Assembly: GCA_963976765.1 (NCBI GenBank)
Contig: CAXBME010000009.1
Span: 124,001-188,000, forward strand
Source: an uncultured Planctomycetaceae bacterium
GTDB lineage: Bacteria; Planctomycetota; Planctomycetia; Planctomycetales; Planctomycetaceae
Reading direction: 5' to 3'
Length of the DNA stretch: 64,000 bases
Shown: one piece after another, positions 9,982-21,233 of the stretch
Layout: every line of letters starts with the position of its first letter
Position numbering within the stretch: the first letter of the stretch is position 1
Position numbers and translations under genes: made by a program
The notes under the pieces: model-generated
Database searches by the model: none
What the model was told of the DNA's origin: nothing
The model's input: only the letters and a program-made list of their open reading frames with translations

Positions 9982-11979
9982 TCAGTGGCTGTGCGAAACC
10001 GCCAACTCATCATCCGGTGCAAAATGGCCGATGCTCATGACATCGACCGTTTCGACGCAGGCTGTCACGTGCTGATCGGGAAGAATGTCTTGGCGCAGTC
10101 GAACCATGATGTCGCTACAGACTTTCTCGGGAGCGATCACTTCAATTCGGATGTGCTGATTCTCGGGCAGAGAATCGTCGTACAGATTTCTGCGTCCGGC
10201 ACCGGTACACGGCGTCAGCGTGTAGCCCGAAACGCCGCACTGTCGGAGTCGAATCAGCAGGTCATCCTTCAGCGAACGATCAGCCATAACCGTCAGGCGA
10301 CGCACCCGGGCAAGGCCACGTTTGCGGGCGGAATGTGAGTCCGGTGAAAGAGGCTGCAGAGTATCGAGGCCACGAACCTCGAATGTCAGACCTTCGTGTT
10401 CGAAGTCGCGCTGCATTTCATCCAGCTTCTCCATCACGCTGTGATCGACAAGTTGTGCGTTCGAGACATCGACGATCAGGTTGCGATGCTGGATCAGCCC
10501 GATCTGTTCGATCTGACGTCGAAACGGAATCCAGTTGCTGAACACCGCTGATTCGCGAGCGATAATCACGCTGGTCTCTGCGTTGACCTCTTCGACTTCC
10601 AGGTACGGTTTAAACATCGATTTCAGAGGCACTCCGTTCGAGATGTGAATGACCATCTTCAGAATGATGCCGGCCGCGACCCCGATCAGCAGGTCTTCCA
10701 CCAGCACAACGACCAGCGTCGTCAGGAAGATGGCCAGCTGTTCCTTGCCGATCCGGTAGACGTGAATGAATTCGTTCGGGTGAGCCAGGCGGGACCCCGT
10801 GTAAACCAGCATCGCGGCCAGAGCGGCCAGCGGAATTCGGTGCAGCACTGTCGGAATCAGCGCCACGCACAGCAGCAGGAAGATGCCGTGCCACATGTCG
10901 GCAAAGCGCGTTCGGGCTCCGTTGTCGATGTTGGCTTTCGATCGCACGATTTCGGAGATCATGGGTAGACCACCAACCATCGCCGCACACAGATTCGCCG
11001 TTCCCACCGCGATGATGTCGCGGTCCATGTTCGTCTTGCGTTTCCACGGATCGAGCAGATCGACGGCTTTGGCACTCAGCAGCGATTCCAGGCTGCCGAT
11101 CAGGAAGAACATCATCACCCACTTCCAGGCAACGGGCTGAGTAAGTGCTGCGAAGTTCGGCAGCGTGATTTCGTCGAACATCCCGAAGACGCGGTCCGGC
11201 ATGTTCACCAGGTACTGCTCGCTGAGCTGGTACTGATGGCCGGCAAGTTCATACGGATGCTTGTGCAGCAGGTCGAAGCCCATACCCATCGGCACAGCCA
11301 CCAGCAGCACAATCATCGGAGCCGGGAGCACTTTCAGCGGGCCGACTTTGCTCTTGAACGAGGGCCACAGAAACATGATTAACAGGCTGACGACGCCGAC
11401 CGCCGCGATGGCCGGGTTCGCCTCAGCGATGTAGTGCGGAATCTGCCGAACCATCTCCATCGGTGCCGCGCTGGGAGCACGACCAGTCGCCGGATCAATC
11501 ACGCCCAGTGCAAACGGAATCTGCTTCACCAGAATGATGACACCGATCGCCGCCAGCATCCCGTGGACGGCGGCCGTCGGAAAGAACTCGCCAAGGATGC
11601 CCGCTCGAAACAGACCAAACAGAATCTGCAGGACGGCGGCGGCAACACCAACGGCCAACGCCGCTTTATAGGCATCCGGATTGCCGGCCCCGCCGAATTC
11701 ATTGATACAGCCGACCGCGATCACGATCAGACCAGCGGCCGGACCCTTAATCGTCAGCTCGCTGTTACTGATAAACGTCGTGACGAGCGAGCCGATGATC
11801 GCTGTGAAGATTCCGGCGATCGGCGGATAGCCACTGGCAATCGAAATCCCCAGACACAGTGGCAGGGCGATCAGAAAAACCAGCAGGCCCGACGTCAGGT
11901 CCTGCTTCATGAACTTTTTAAAGCCAGCAATGTTGCCGTGTGGTGTGTCGCCGGATTGGTTGGCAGTGGATTCCGACAT
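9982..11979 (-). CDS. SulP/SLC26 anion (bicarbonate) transporter with STAS and C-terminal P-II/SbtB-like domain
   Basis: [56 protein letters not shown]. The tail [21 protein letters not shown] is P-II-like. Confidence 0.88.
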   Translation of the reverse strand: MSESTANQSGDTPHGNIAGFKKFMKQDLTSGLLVFLIALPLCLGISIASGYPPIAGIFTAIIGSLVTTFISNSELTIKGPAAGLIVIAVGCINEFGGAGNPDAYKAALAVGVAAAVLQILFGLFRAGILGEFFPTAAVHGMLAAIGVIILVKQIPFALGVIDPATGRAPSAAPMEMVRQIPHYIAEANPAIAAVGVVSLLIMFLWPSFKSKVGPLKVLPAPMIVLLVAVPMGMGFDLLHKHPYELAGHQYQLSEQYLVNMPDRVFGMFDEITLPNFAALTQPVAWKWVMMFFLIGSLESLLSAKAVDLLDPWKRKTNMDRDIIAVGTANLCAAMVGGLPMISEIVRSKANIDNGARTRFADMWHGIFLLLCVALIPTVLHRIPLAALAAMLVYTGSRLAHPNEFIHVYRIGKEQLAIFLTTLVVVLVEDLLIGVAAGIILKMVIHISNGVPLKSMFKPYLEVEEVNAETSVIIARESAVFSNWIPFRRQIEQIGLIQHRNLIVDVSNAQLVDHSVMEKLDEMQRDFEHEGLTFEVRGLDTLQPLSPDSHSARKRGLARVRRLTVMADRSLKDDLLIRLRQCGVSGYTLTPCTGAGRRNLYDDSLPENQHIRIEVIAPEKVCSDIMVRLRQDILPDQHVTACVETVDVMSIGHFAPDDELAVSHSH

Positions 11980-12128
11980 TGGTTGGGTCTCTGTTTCAGC
12001 AAGGATGGATACAGGGGAAGGCTGTTACAGCGGCGAGGCCTGGTCCAAAGGGTCGCCGGATTCGTAAGTCGTTGGACCGTACGAACTCTCATGAAGTCAA
12101 CGACGCCAGCATCAGGACCGAACAAGTG

Positions 12129-13589
12129 CTATTGGGAGTGGTCAGAAGGTGGAGCGGGAGACGGCTCGGTGGACGGCTCCGTTTGTGTGGTATGGTCGAC
12201 CACTTTGACGCCACGATGGTCCATCAGGGCGACGGCGGCGTGGTAGCGTGAGGAGACTCCAGGTTGCGGATACAGGCCACCGCCAAGGATCAGGGCGGTC
12301 AGAACCAGAATCGCGACACGTTCGCTCTTCCGGCATTTCAACGAGATCGAGGCCGTGTGGCGCGTGCCGGTGAAGACACGGAAGTAGGCCAGCACAACAG
12401 CCACGCCGTTCAACATCGCGGCCAGCACAACGGCCAGACCGACGAGTGGGTAAACTCCGATGGCTCCCTCAACCAGCAGTTCCGTCCCAATGAAACCCAC
12501 GGTTCCGGGGAAACCGATCGAAGCCAGACCCGTCAGTAGAAACAGCCCGGCCAGGATCGGAGTGTGTTCATAGAGCCCGTGAAAACTGTCGAGCGACAGT
12601 CGGCCCGTACGCGATTCGACGCTGCGCAGTGTCAGGCCGAACCCCAGCAGTGAAATGCCGACGGACAGCCACACGCACAGGGCCCCCGTCAGTCCGATAG
12701 GTGTGACCATTTCGAGTCCGACCAGCACGAGCGACGAGTGGCTCAGGAAGACGTAGCAGAAAAAGCGGCGGGCTTCGTGCTGCACCAGAGCCATTCCGGC
12801 AGCATAGACGGCGGTAAACAGTGAGACGACGGCGATGCTCTGCAGAGCCCAGTCCGGAGCAATTGGCAGCACGAGCCGCATCACGACGTAAGCGCCGGTC
12901 ATCGGCGTCACAAACAGTAGCGCGGTGCCCAGCGTGGCTTTCTCAAACAGGTCAGTCATCCAGCAGTGGACGGGAGCAACTCCGCTGCGCAGCAACGCTC
13001 CGGCCGCCAGTAGACATCCGCCAATGATCGGAGGATTAAGAGAAGATACATCATCCGGAACAAGCGCCTGACCAACACACATCAACGCCACGAACGCGCC
13101 CATGTGCAGGCTGTAGAAACGAGTCGACTGGTTCCGCGATCGCATCTCGATCCACGGCGGCACCGTTGCCAGCGACATCAGCGCGATGATGAGCCACGGT
13201 CCGCGACAGCTCAGCGTGGCCAGCAGGATCGCTTCGGAGAACAACGTCCAGCCAAACGAAAAGCGGTTCACCTTTGTCTTCAGCGTGGTCATGACGGTCA
13301 TCAGGTAGAGCATCGCCCCCAGCGGAAGCAGCGGTGCGCTCAACTCGTCAATGACGAACACGTCTTTGTGAAAAACTTTCGTCAGCATGTCCCAGTGATC
13401 ATGCGCCTCGAACGTGTGCAGCGAACTGAAGTCGATCCACTCGCCCGTCGCGCACAGCAGCGTCAAAGCGCAGATCACCGTGCTGTGGATTCTTGCGGTA
13501 TCCCGGTTCTTCAGCAGCGAGACCCAGATCGCACCCAGTAGCGGCAACAGGACAGAGAGTTCCATCCAGGGCAGATGAAGTTCACGCAT
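12129..13589 (-). CDS. NuoM/MrpD-like proton-conducting membrane subunit
   Basis: [37 protein letters not shown]; very hydrophobic; coupled to the upstream NuoL-like gene. Confidence 0.8.
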   Translation of the reverse strand: MRELHLPWMELSVLLPLLGAIWVSLLKNRDTARIHSTVICALTLLCATGEWIDFSSLHTFEAHDHWDMLTKVFHKDVFVIDELSAPLLPLGAMLYLMTVMTTLKTKVNRFSFGWTLFSEAILLATLSCRGPWLIIALMSLATVPPWIEMRSRNQSTRFYSLHMGAFVALMCVGQALVPDDVSSLNPPIIGGCLLAAGALLRSGVAPVHCWMTDLFEKATLGTALLFVTPMTGAYVVMRLVLPIAPDWALQSIAVVSLFTAVYAAGMALVQHEARRFFCYVFLSHSSLVLVGLEMVTPIGLTGALCVWLSVGISLLGFGLTLRSVESRTGRLSLDSFHGLYEHTPILAGLFLLTGLASIGFPGTVGFIGTELLVEGAIGVYPLVGLAVVLAAMLNGVAVVLAYFRVFTGTRHTASISLKCRKSERVAILVLTALILGGGLYPQPGVSSRYHAAVALMDHRGVKVVDHTTQTEPSTEPSPAPPSDHSQ

Positions 13590-14980
13590 CAGACCACGTC
13601 CTCTAGAGAGTCGCCGTAAACAGAGACGCCATCGGATTCACGTTTCTCACCGCCCCCGGCGAAACTCGTCCAGCGGCGTTCCTGGAGATCGCACCAGCGA
13701 AACACGTTGACGAACGGTCGCACGATGTATTCGTTGAGAAAGCCGTCCAGATAACCACGCTCCAGCGCGAAGCGGTACAGCCACGCTCGCTGGGACTTCG
13801 GAATGATGCGCTGCCAGATGGAAGGACCGGTCGAGAGTCGTTCGCCGATCGCATTCTCCAGCGACTGGAAATCCTTCAGCACCGACGGAGCCCGCAGCAG
13901 TTGCAGCGTCCGCAGACAGGCATGACCGATCATGTGAATCAGCGCGATGTAGCGCAGGCCGCAACCGATCTCGACGGTGATGATTCCAACCTGAGTCAGC
14001 GACGCGAACGCCAGTGCGTTCTTCACGTCGCTCTGCACACGCGAGGCCAGTGTGCCGAAAATCGCCGACACCAGACCGAGCACCACAACTGCGATGCTCA
14101 ACGGCAGCGATGCTTCCAGCAGCGGACTGACTCGCAGCAGCAGATAGGTTCCCAGGTGAACCGACAACGCTCCATAAAACACGGCACTGGATGGCGTGGG
14201 ACCTTCCATCGCTCGCGGCAGCCAGCCGGAGAACGGCACCATGCCGGACTTGCCCGCCGCCGCGACGAGTAACAGCAGGCCGACGATCAAGGCATGCCAG
14301 GAGTCGATCGCGGCAACTCCTTCGGGCCACGGTCCTGTTCCCATCAGGCCATCAAAGTCGCCGGCTCCAGTCAGGTGATGCAGCGTCAATGCAGCCACCA
14401 GGAACGCCGCATCAGCAACTCGATACACGGTCCAGACACGATGTCCGTTCCGCACCGGGCCAGGTCGTTCGTGGAAATAGGCGATCAGCAGAGCCGACGA
14501 GAGCCCCACCAGTTCCCAGCCAAAGAAAAGCGTTTCGATCGTGCCGGCCAGTGACGAAACCATCATGCCCAGCAGAAACATTGCATAGAACAGAAAGAAC
14601 CGCCGATAGCCGGCTTCGCGATGCAGATAGATGCTCGCGAACGCTCCTACGGTGCCGCACAGCACAAACGTCAGAATGGCAAACGGGACTGACAGTCGGT
14701 CAAACACGAACTTTAAATGGAAGTGAAAATGCTCCTGCGGAATCGACACCCAGTTACCGAACTCGATCGGGACATGTCGCGAGTCGAACGCCAGCATCAG
14801 CCCCAGAATGACGACAGCCGCGGACAGACCAGTCAGGACGGCAGCCTTTGTGAAGTTGGACTGAACGGACTCGCTGAGCGCCTTCCCGAGCAGCATTGGC
14901 AGACCAAGCACGACCAGCAGTACCGCCGGACTGGCGACCACGATCAGGCCGAGAAATTGAAATGTGGAATCGAGGGTCAT
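13589..14980 (-). CDS. dabB: DabB-like (NuoL/ND5-type) membrane subunit of DIC transporter
   Basis: [59 protein letters not shown]; adjacent to the DUF2309 gene. Confidence 0.8.
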   Translation of the reverse strand: MTLDSTFQFLGLIVVASPAVLLVVLGLPMLLGKALSESVQSNFTKAAVLTGLSAAVVILGLMLAFDSRHVPIEFGNWVSIPQEHFHFHLKFVFDRLSVPFAILTFVLCGTVGAFASIYLHREAGYRRFFLFYAMFLLGMMVSSLAGTIETLFFGWELVGLSSALLIAYFHERPGPVRNGHRVWTVYRVADAAFLVAALTLHHLTGAGDFDGLMGTGPWPEGVAAIDSWHALIVGLLLLVAAAGKSGMVPFSGWLPRAMEGPTPSSAVFYGALSVHLGTYLLLRVSPLLEASLPLSIAVVVLGLVSAIFGTLASRVQSDVKNALAFASLTQVGIITVEIGCGLRYIALIHMIGHACLRTLQLLRAPSVLKDFQSLENAIGERLSTGPSIWQRIIPKSQRAWLYRFALERGYLDGFLNEYIVRPFVNVFRWCDLQERRWTSFAGGGEKRESDGVSVYGDSLEDVV

Positions 14981-15204
14981 GTGTGTTGAATCCGCAGACC
15001 TTTGCAAACTCCGAGACTCTCTGTGGCAGATTGAGGATGGCCTCACGACGACACAGAGCACGCAGGAGAATGGAAGTAGGTCTGCATGGTTAGTTTGTTA
15101 CTTTGACATAATCCTGAGAGCGATTTCTGACCCCGGCACGACGTGCTGGCAGGCCGATCGCCGCTTCCGGAATTCACTCGTTGGCGCGTCGTACTGGTTT
15201 GAAG

Positions 15205-18200
15205 TCATGTCTGGCGGCGCGCGGCGTCGGACTCTTTGATCGAGCGGAATGGTCGGTGCTCGCGCGAACCTTCGTAACAGGCGAGTGAAGTTGCGACTTC
15301 CGGCAGTTCGTCGGTCGAAGGTTCGTACGGTCGGAACTGACCATTGTGGAACAGTTGCAGCTTCGAGGTCTCGGCATCAATCACGGCGATCTGCACCCAG
15401 CCGCCTCGACACAGCCGGCCAATGCCTGCGTGCCGATCCATGATCGACAGCATCGCTTCCGCAGTCGTCTCAATAACGAACAGCAGTCGGACCGGTTCGT
15501 GAATCTCAACCATCTGCTGATAGAGGCCGGTGCGGAGATCGCTCGCCGAACCTTCCATCACACCCAGCATCGAGATCAGGTTGTGCGGCAGTTTCGAGCC
15601 CGAGCCATACTTCACGTAATCCACGCACGAGAAGTAGTACTCCAGACTGATACCCGCACACACGGGAATCGCAGCACCAAGGATGCGGAACAGAATCGAC
15701 GAGTCCTTGTCATCCTGCGCCGGGTCGTACGACGTGAGGAACGCTCGACGGTCGAGAAACAATCCGCGCGTCCATGCTCGACGGCCGACGACACACAGCG
15801 CGTTGGTAGCGTGGTTGTATTCCGGCCGAGCCTGCGCGAGATCCTGCGCACGGGCCTCGACATGTCGCAGCGCCCCGACTGGAGTCAGGGTTAACGGAGC
15901 CGACGCAAACCGCCGACAGCGCTCGTGAGCGTTGCGGGTGCGGGCTTCTTCGATCGCGCCACGGACAACGTCGAACTCCTTGCGATGCGATGCCGGCAGA
16001 CGATCGAGGTCGAAGTACACCACCGAGTCGTCGCACGTGTTGTGGTACGAACCGACAAAAACCGTACTGTCCGGAATCAGCAGCCCTTCCTGAGCAACCC
16101 GCAACCGCACGCGATAGTCGTTGGCCATCTCAGCGAAAGCCCGGGCGTTCGGACCGCCGCGTTTTCCCGCGCAAGCTCCGCAGCAGTACGCGGACTCGTG
16201 CGGGTTGTTGAGACTCGATGAACCGTGCCCACAAATAATAAATAACCTCGAAAACGCATCTTTCTGCGTGAGACCAATATCCTGCAGCAGTCTGATGACG
16301 ATGGCCGCCATTTCATCGAGCGTGTAACCGACGTGACCGTTTTCAGAACCGGGTTCGTCGAGATACCGATGCAACTGCAGACGCGTGACGGGCGGCGGCT
16401 GCAGCAGCGAACCAAAGCGGCTGCGGATGCGCGAAGTCAGACGCGGGAACAGGACACGAGCCACCAGCGGAGCCGTCGCCAGGGACCCCGCAATCCCGGC
16501 CACCATGCCGCCGAGAAACGTGCGACTGCGAGTGTGGAACAGGTACGTCGCTCGTCCGAGTCGGTTCCGCCGCTGAGCTCGCGTCTGATGCACCCCTTCG
16601 AACGTGTAGCCAACGTCTTCCTGCACGTAGTGATCTGGATCGATCACTGCTGGACACAGTGGCTTGAAGAAGCTGTCAGCGGCACCTTTGTATTTCATGG
16701 CGACCGCAAAGAAGCCGGCCGCGCCGAACGTCTCGCACGATGGCATCACTTCTTCGAGATGACGTCGGAACGATTCTTCCCGATCGTCGAGGCAGCACAT
16801 CAATTGAAACGACGGTTGATTCGCTGGCGATGGTGCAGGCAATGCCGTGTCGTCCGCGCTGCGAGTCTCCACCGCATACCGTTGGCGAGTGTGATTTGCA
16901 AACGCGTCCAGCGCCGCCACGCGATACCGCCGCTCGTAGGCTTCGTGATAAACGCGACGCCGCTCGGTCGCATCGAACGCTTCGAATTCGCCGAGCAGTT
17001 CCGACCACTGCTGCCGGGTCAGCTTCAGCAGCGTTTCCGGCTGCCAGCCCAGCATCTGACCCACCTGAAACAGCAGAAAGGCTCGACGCTGGAAACTGGC
17101 CGGCTGCGACTTTGCAAGATGTTTCTGCGCGTCAGCCAGGACGCTCTGCAGCGAAGCGTTCGTCCCCGAAAACTCACGCCCGACATACGCTATGGCCTGC
17201 CGTTCCAAAATTAACTGCACGGCGAGGTACTCAATCAGCGACCCCTTTGCAGCAGGGCGGACCGTCCAGTCGGCGGCGGTCTCCATCTGCCAGACCATGC
17301 CGGCCCAGCCACGCAATGACAGCAGTGTCAGTGTGATGAATTCCTGTTGGTCGCTGTCGGCCACGCCGAGCAGTTCCAGCGACTCCTTGATCGACTCTTC
17401 CGGCGATGTCTGTTCCCGCTGTAGCGACAGCAGTTCTTCACGAAGCCCTCGGAGCCACTCGTCAGGCACACTGCGCTGCTTTGAGTACAACGACACGAAC
17501 GCCTTGAACAGCCCTTCGTCCCGGTCCGGCAGCTCCCAGTGCGCGTAACCCTGATCGAGAAACGCACCGCAGAAACGAATCATAAGATCGTGGACGTAAC
17601 GGTTGATGTCCTGCCCCGTGGCCTGCAGCAGCAAGTCGCGTGGATGCCGGATTGTCGGCATCGAGTTTTCCGACACAGGCACATCCTGCACGCCCTGCCG
17701 ACAAATGCGCCACATCAGTTGTAACGTGGCTCTCTCCCACATTCGGTCACGCCAGTGCTCGGGATGTCGACCGAAGCGTTCCCGGAAATCTCCGATCAGT
17801 TCGGAGTGGCGGTCTGCAGATGCTTCCGTCCCTGCCAGCGTTTCCGTAACCCATTTCCGGGTTCCTTCGAGCAGCTTCTCACGTGTCCGGACCGGGACTT
17901 CCGGGCGGAATGTTTCCAGCGCGTCGGTCTCGGCCACGACCCAGCGAAGCTCGGCATCAGGACCGACTCGAAGCGGATGCCGCAGCATCGCCAGCCGAAT
18001 CTGTCGACGCGTCCCAAGTCCGTCGATCTGTTCGGCATCGTGCTCGCCGAGATCTTCGTTGAGCACCGCTTCCAGATCGGCCACGATGATGCGACCGCTG
18101 TCGAGCAGTTCGCGGTACTTAGCTTCCGGAAAGTACGGATTCGCTCCGAAGCGTTCCTGAGCCGCCTTGACTGCTTCGTGAAACGTCAGGTCTTCAAACG

Positions 18201-18483
18201 CGTGCAGCGTGTTGTGATGAACGAAGACTTCGATCGGCCCCTGAGCCGGCAGAAAGTGGGCGGCATGTTCGACCAGATGCCGCAATTCGGCATGCTGGTC
18301 GGAGCTGGAGTGTGTTTCTTCTGTCTCGACGGTGCTGACCACGGTGACTTTCTGGTGACTGTGAATTCCTGACGACTGACTCGAAGGCCGATGGCTGGCG
18401 TTTTTTTGCTGCAACTGCGGAGTGGTCGTTTGCCCCGATTTAAACGTCCAGCCGCGCAAACTGTTGTAAGACGATTGTCTCAA
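15205..18483 (-). CDS. dabA: DabA (DUF2309/UPF0753) CO2/bicarbonate transporter catalytic subunit; true start possibly GTG 18342
   Basis: LPAQGPIEVFVHHNTLHAF, CCLDDREESFRRHLE, ETFGAAGFF, GHGS..NNP, CGACAG, AQARPEY, EIHEPVRL. Confidence 0.92.
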   Translation of the reverse strand: MRQSSYNSLRGWTFKSGQTTTPQLQQKNASHRPSSQSSGIHSHQKVTVVSTVETEETHSSSDQHAELRHLVEHAAHFLPAQGPIEVFVHHNTLHAFEDLTFHEAVKAAQERFGANPYFPEAKYRELLDSGRIIVADLEAVLNEDLGEHDAEQIDGLGTRRQIRLAMLRHPLRVGPDAELRWVVAETDALETFRPEVPVRTREKLLEGTRKWVTETLAGTEASADRHSELIGDFRERFGRHPEHWRDRMWERATLQLMWRICRQGVQDVPVSENSMPTIRHPRDLLLQATGQDINRYVHDLMIRFCGAFLDQGYAHWELPDRDEGLFKAFVSLYSKQRSVPDEWLRGLREELLSLQREQTSPEESIKESLELLGVADSDQQEFITLTLLSLRGWAGMVWQMETAADWTVRPAAKGSLIEYLAVQLILERQAIAYVGREFSGTNASLQSVLADAQKHLAKSQPASFQRRAFLLFQVGQMLGWQPETLLKLTRQQWSELLGEFEAFDATERRRVYHEAYERRYRVAALDAFANHTRQRYAVETRSADDTALPAPSPANQPSFQLMCCLDDREESFRRHLEEVMPSCETFGAAGFFAVAMKYKGAADSFFKPLCPAVIDPDHYVQEDVGYTFEGVHQTRAQRRNRLGRATYLFHTRSRTFLGGMVAGIAGSLATAPLVARVLFPRLTSRIRSRFGSLLQPPPVTRLQLHRYLDEPGSENGHVGYTLDEMAAIVIRLLQDIGLTQKDAFSRLFIICGHGSSSLNNPHESAYCCGACAGKRGGPNARAFAEMANDYRVRLRVAQEGLLIPDSTVFVGSYHNTCDDSVVYFDLDRLPASHRKEFDVVRGAIEEARTRNAHERCRRFASAPLTLTPVGALRHVEARAQDLAQARPEYNHATNALCVVGRRAWTRGLFLDRRAFLTSYDPAQDDKDSSILFRILGAAIPVCAGISLEYYFSCVDYVKYGSGSKLPHNLISMLGVMEGSASDLRTGLYQQMVEIHEPVRLLFVIETTAEAMLSIMDRHAGIGRLCRGGWVQIAVIDAETSKLQLFHNGQFRPYEPSTDELPEVATSLACYEGSREHRPFRSIKESDAARRQT

Positions 18484-18610
18484 TCATTCCCGCGTCCGCA
18501 CAGTCAGTAGAACGATTGGAACAATTGCTCTACCCATCTGTGCCTGCCCGCTGGTTCGGCTCGCTTCAGCAAGTTCGAACACCGCGCTCAGAGCCTGACA
18601 GCCCCCAGTG

Positions 18611-18625
18611 GCAAGGACTGTGCCA
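18611..18625 (-). promoter_or_regulatory. sigma54 -24/-12 promoter for the dab operon
   Basis: Minus strand TGGCACAGTCCTTGC is an exact TGGCAC-N5-TTGC. Confidence 0.75.
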
Positions 18626-18855
18626 AAGTTCTCGCAAACCAAAACAGTCGCCTGAAGTGCGGCCCTCAGAGCCTGGTGATTGATTGCCACCGGCACTGCG
18701 GGCTGTTGATTTCCCGCCTGTGGGCTTGCTCGCTTCCTGCCGACGCGTCGCCCCGATACCAACCAAATCGGTATTGAATGCCCGCGTGGTTAATGGACAG
18801 CAGACCCTCGTCACAGAACCTGGCGGCCGCAAAAGTGCAGGTCTCTGCCGAGAGT

Positions 18856-18871
18856 CTGCAATTATTTGCAG
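18856..18871. promoter_or_regulatory. candidate enhancer (bEBP) site
   Basis: CTGCA-ATTATT-TGCAG dyad about 230 bp upstream of the sigma54 motif; a similar dyad lies at 27046. Confidence 0.4.
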
Positions 18872-19055
18872 ATGCAACCGCGGTCAGGCTGCCAGCTGAA
18901 CCTGGTACTGTCGCGTCTGGCCGTGCTGCTGACTTACCAGTGGCAGCACCTGCTGAAGGTCCAGCAGATTCAGACCGACCTGATCGAAGAAGTCACCGGC
19001 CACGGACCAGCCGGTGTGCAGAAAAAGCCAACGGGATGAGCATCGTCCTGTTCGG

Positions 19056-20279
19056 TCACGAAACTTTCTGCCCTTTGCGACCTGGTTTGATGCCAAGCGC
19101 TCGACCGATCATGAAAGCTGGTAAGGCAGCGAGGAAGCTGCCGAGAGCTCCCATCTTGACGGAGTCCTGAATCGCTCCCGGTTCCGGATACGCGGCCGAC
19201 GACACGAACAGCGCGACCGTGAATCCGATTCCCGCCACCAGGCCCAGAGTGACGACGTGTCGATAGCTCATGCCCTCCGGTCGCTGGAAGCCAAACAGCC
19301 TCTCGCCGATCAGCGTCAGCAGCGTGATGCCAACCGGTTTGCCGATCACCAGGCCGCTCAACACCAGCCACGTTCCCGTACCCGCATTCGACAGCACGAC
19401 TCCCGCGTTCACCAGACCAAACAATCCGAGAATCATTTCAACCGGATTTTTCCACCAGGCGGCGAACTGACTGAGGGTGTCTTCCTGAGTGTGCTCATCA
19501 GGATGAAACAGTCCTTTGTCCTCATGATGTCCGGGCATCGTCGGGATGATCGGGACCAGCCCCAGAGCCGCGTGAATACCAGCCTCGTAAAACGACCACC
19601 AGCTCAGCACGCCGGGAATCAACAGGTACCACCAGAAATTCTTCACACCCGCCCGACGCATCCCCAGTCCAGTACCGATCGCAGCGAGTGTCAGCAGCAG
19701 CAGCCACTCAGGATGCATCGCTTCCTGCGGATAGAAGGCTGCCAGAATCAGCAGCCCGGCCGCATCGTCTGCAATTGCCAGCAGAAGCAGGAAAACAATT
19801 GCAGGATGTTCATGGCCAAAGATCAGCCGGGCGACGAGATAGCTGAACGCGATATCCGTCGCGCAGGGAATCGCCCAGCCGCGACCGAGCGTTGTCTGCT
19901 CACCCAGCAGATGAACTCCCGCGAAGTAGATCAGCGCGGGAGCCAGCACACCTCCGGCTGTCGCCATCAGCGGAGTCGCGGCCGTCTTCGGATTCGACAG
20001 CGGTCCGCCCGGCAACAGAGCCTCCCAGACTTCCTTGGCGGCAATAGCGAAGAACAGAGCCATCGCGACGTCGTTGATCAGAAAATGCAGATCAATATGC
20101 CGCTCGGCAAGCATCGCGAATTCGTGATGTACAAAGTGGTGATACCCGTCCAGGTCGAGGTTGGCCCAGACCAGAGCCGCGACGGCACCGCCAATCAGGA
20201 AGAGCGAGTTCTCCATCAGAAACGCAATGGAACGCCAAACAGGTCCGGAATCTCCGGAAATCGTCATGATCGCCCTCAC
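19056..20279 (-). CDS. nhaA: Na+/H+ antiporter NhaA
   Basis: INDVAMALFF, GWAIPCATDIAF, FLLLLAIADD, GIHAAL, GLVIGKPVGI, AGIGFTVALFV. Confidence 0.92.
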   Translation of the reverse strand: MRAIMTISGDSGPVWRSIAFLMENSLFLIGGAVAALVWANLDLDGYHHFVHHEFAMLAERHIDLHFLINDVAMALFFAIAAKEVWEALLPGGPLSNPKTAATPLMATAGGVLAPALIYFAGVHLLGEQTTLGRGWAIPCATDIAFSYLVARLIFGHEHPAIVFLLLLAIADDAAGLLILAAFYPQEAMHPEWLLLLTLAAIGTGLGMRRAGVKNFWWYLLIPGVLSWWSFYEAGIHAALGLVPIIPTMPGHHEDKGLFHPDEHTQEDTLSQFAAWWKNPVEMILGLFGLVNAGVVLSNAGTGTWLVLSGLVIGKPVGITLLTLIGERLFGFQRPEGMSYRHVVTLGLVAGIGFTVALFVSSAAYPEPGAIQDSVKMGALGSFLAALPAFMIGRALGIKPGRKGQKVS

Positions 20280-20350
20280 GTCCTGGGAACTGACATCAAT
20301 GAAAATCCTGATCGCTCCCGGGACGCCCAGTAAGAATCGAAGCAGACAGC

Positions 20351-20365
20351 TCAGTAAGTGTGCCA
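20351..20365 (-). promoter_or_regulatory. possible sigma54 promoter for nhaA (variant -12)
   Basis: Minus strand TGGCACACTTACTGA; -24 box matches, -12 box reads CTGA. Confidence 0.3.
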
Positions 20366-20454
20366 GACAGCGAAAACCGTACCGACCATGTTGGTAACCT
20401 GATCGTCATTCGCCTGCCGGCTGCACTGTCGACGACCGTCTCAGATTGCTTTTC

Positions 20455-20468
20455 ACTGAGATCTCAGT
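20455..20468. promoter_or_regulatory. palindromic operator candidate for GntR autoregulation
   Basis: Perfect 14-bp palindrome ACTGAGATCTCAGT about 50 nt upstream of gntR, with extra TCTCAG half-sites on either side. Confidence 0.5.
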
Positions 20469-20519
20469 TAGATATTTACGACAGTCTCAGACATTGAAAC
20501 ATCCCCAAAGAACACACAC

Positions 20520-21233
20520 ATGACGACAACTATTCGCGATCGCAAGACGCGACGTTCAACAGCTCCCGGCGACAATCGGACAGCGGCAGACGCTCGCGTG
20601 CTGCTAAAAGACCGGGCCTATTCAGAGCTGAAGCAACTCATTCAGGATGTCACGTTCAAGCCGGGTGCCTTTCTTTCCGAACGGCAACTGGCCGGACAAC
20701 TGGGGATGAGCAAGACGCCGGTCAAAGCGGCGCTCGAACGGCTGGAAATGGAGGGTTTCATTGCCGTCTCGCCGCAACAGGGCATCGTGGTGCGCGAGCT
20801 GTCGGTGCATGAAGTCGCTGATCAGTTTGAAATTCGTGTCGCTCTGGAATCGCATGTGCTGCGGTCGATCGCGGGACGTCTCACCGACAAACAGGCAGCC
20901 TTTCTGACCGCCAGTATCCGGCAGCAGAAGCAGGCGGCCAAAAGGCGGGATGTCGCGCAACTGGTCGCGCGGGATGCGGAGTTTCACATGCTGTTCTGCG
21001 AGTTTCACGGCAACCGCGAAATCACGCGGGTGATGAGTCAACTGCGGGAAAAGATTCATCGAGTGATCGGTCGAGTCTTTCAGCAACTGCCGGAGCGTCT
21101 CGGCTCGAGTTGCGACGAACATGCGGCGATCGTCGATGCAGTGCTGGCAGGAGACGCTGATCTCGCCGCTCGACGCATGGAAGAACATCTTGATTACGGT
21201 CGGCAGTTTCTGCTCGCCCCACGCGGGAGGTGA
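20520..21233 (+). CDS. GntR-family regulator (FCD domain)
   Basis: LSERQLAGQLGMSKTPVKAALERLEMEG; DAEFH, EHAAIVDAV. Confidence 0.92.
   Translation: MTTTIRDRKTRRSTAPGDNRTAADARVLLKDRAYSELKQLIQDVTFKPGAFLSERQLAGQLGMSKTPVKAALERLEMEGFIAVSPQQGIVVRELSVHEVADQFEIRVALESHVLRSIAGRLTDKQAAFLTASIRQQKQAAKRRDVAQLVARDAEFHMLFCEFHGNREITRVMSQLREKIHRVIGRVFQQLPERLGSSCDEHAAIVDAVLAGDADLAARRMEEHLDYGRQFLLAPRGR

Noticed and set aside
12129..14980. Respiratory complex I nuoL/nuoM
   Set aside because: No other nuo genes are present, and adjacency to DUF2309 indicates a DAB-type transporter.
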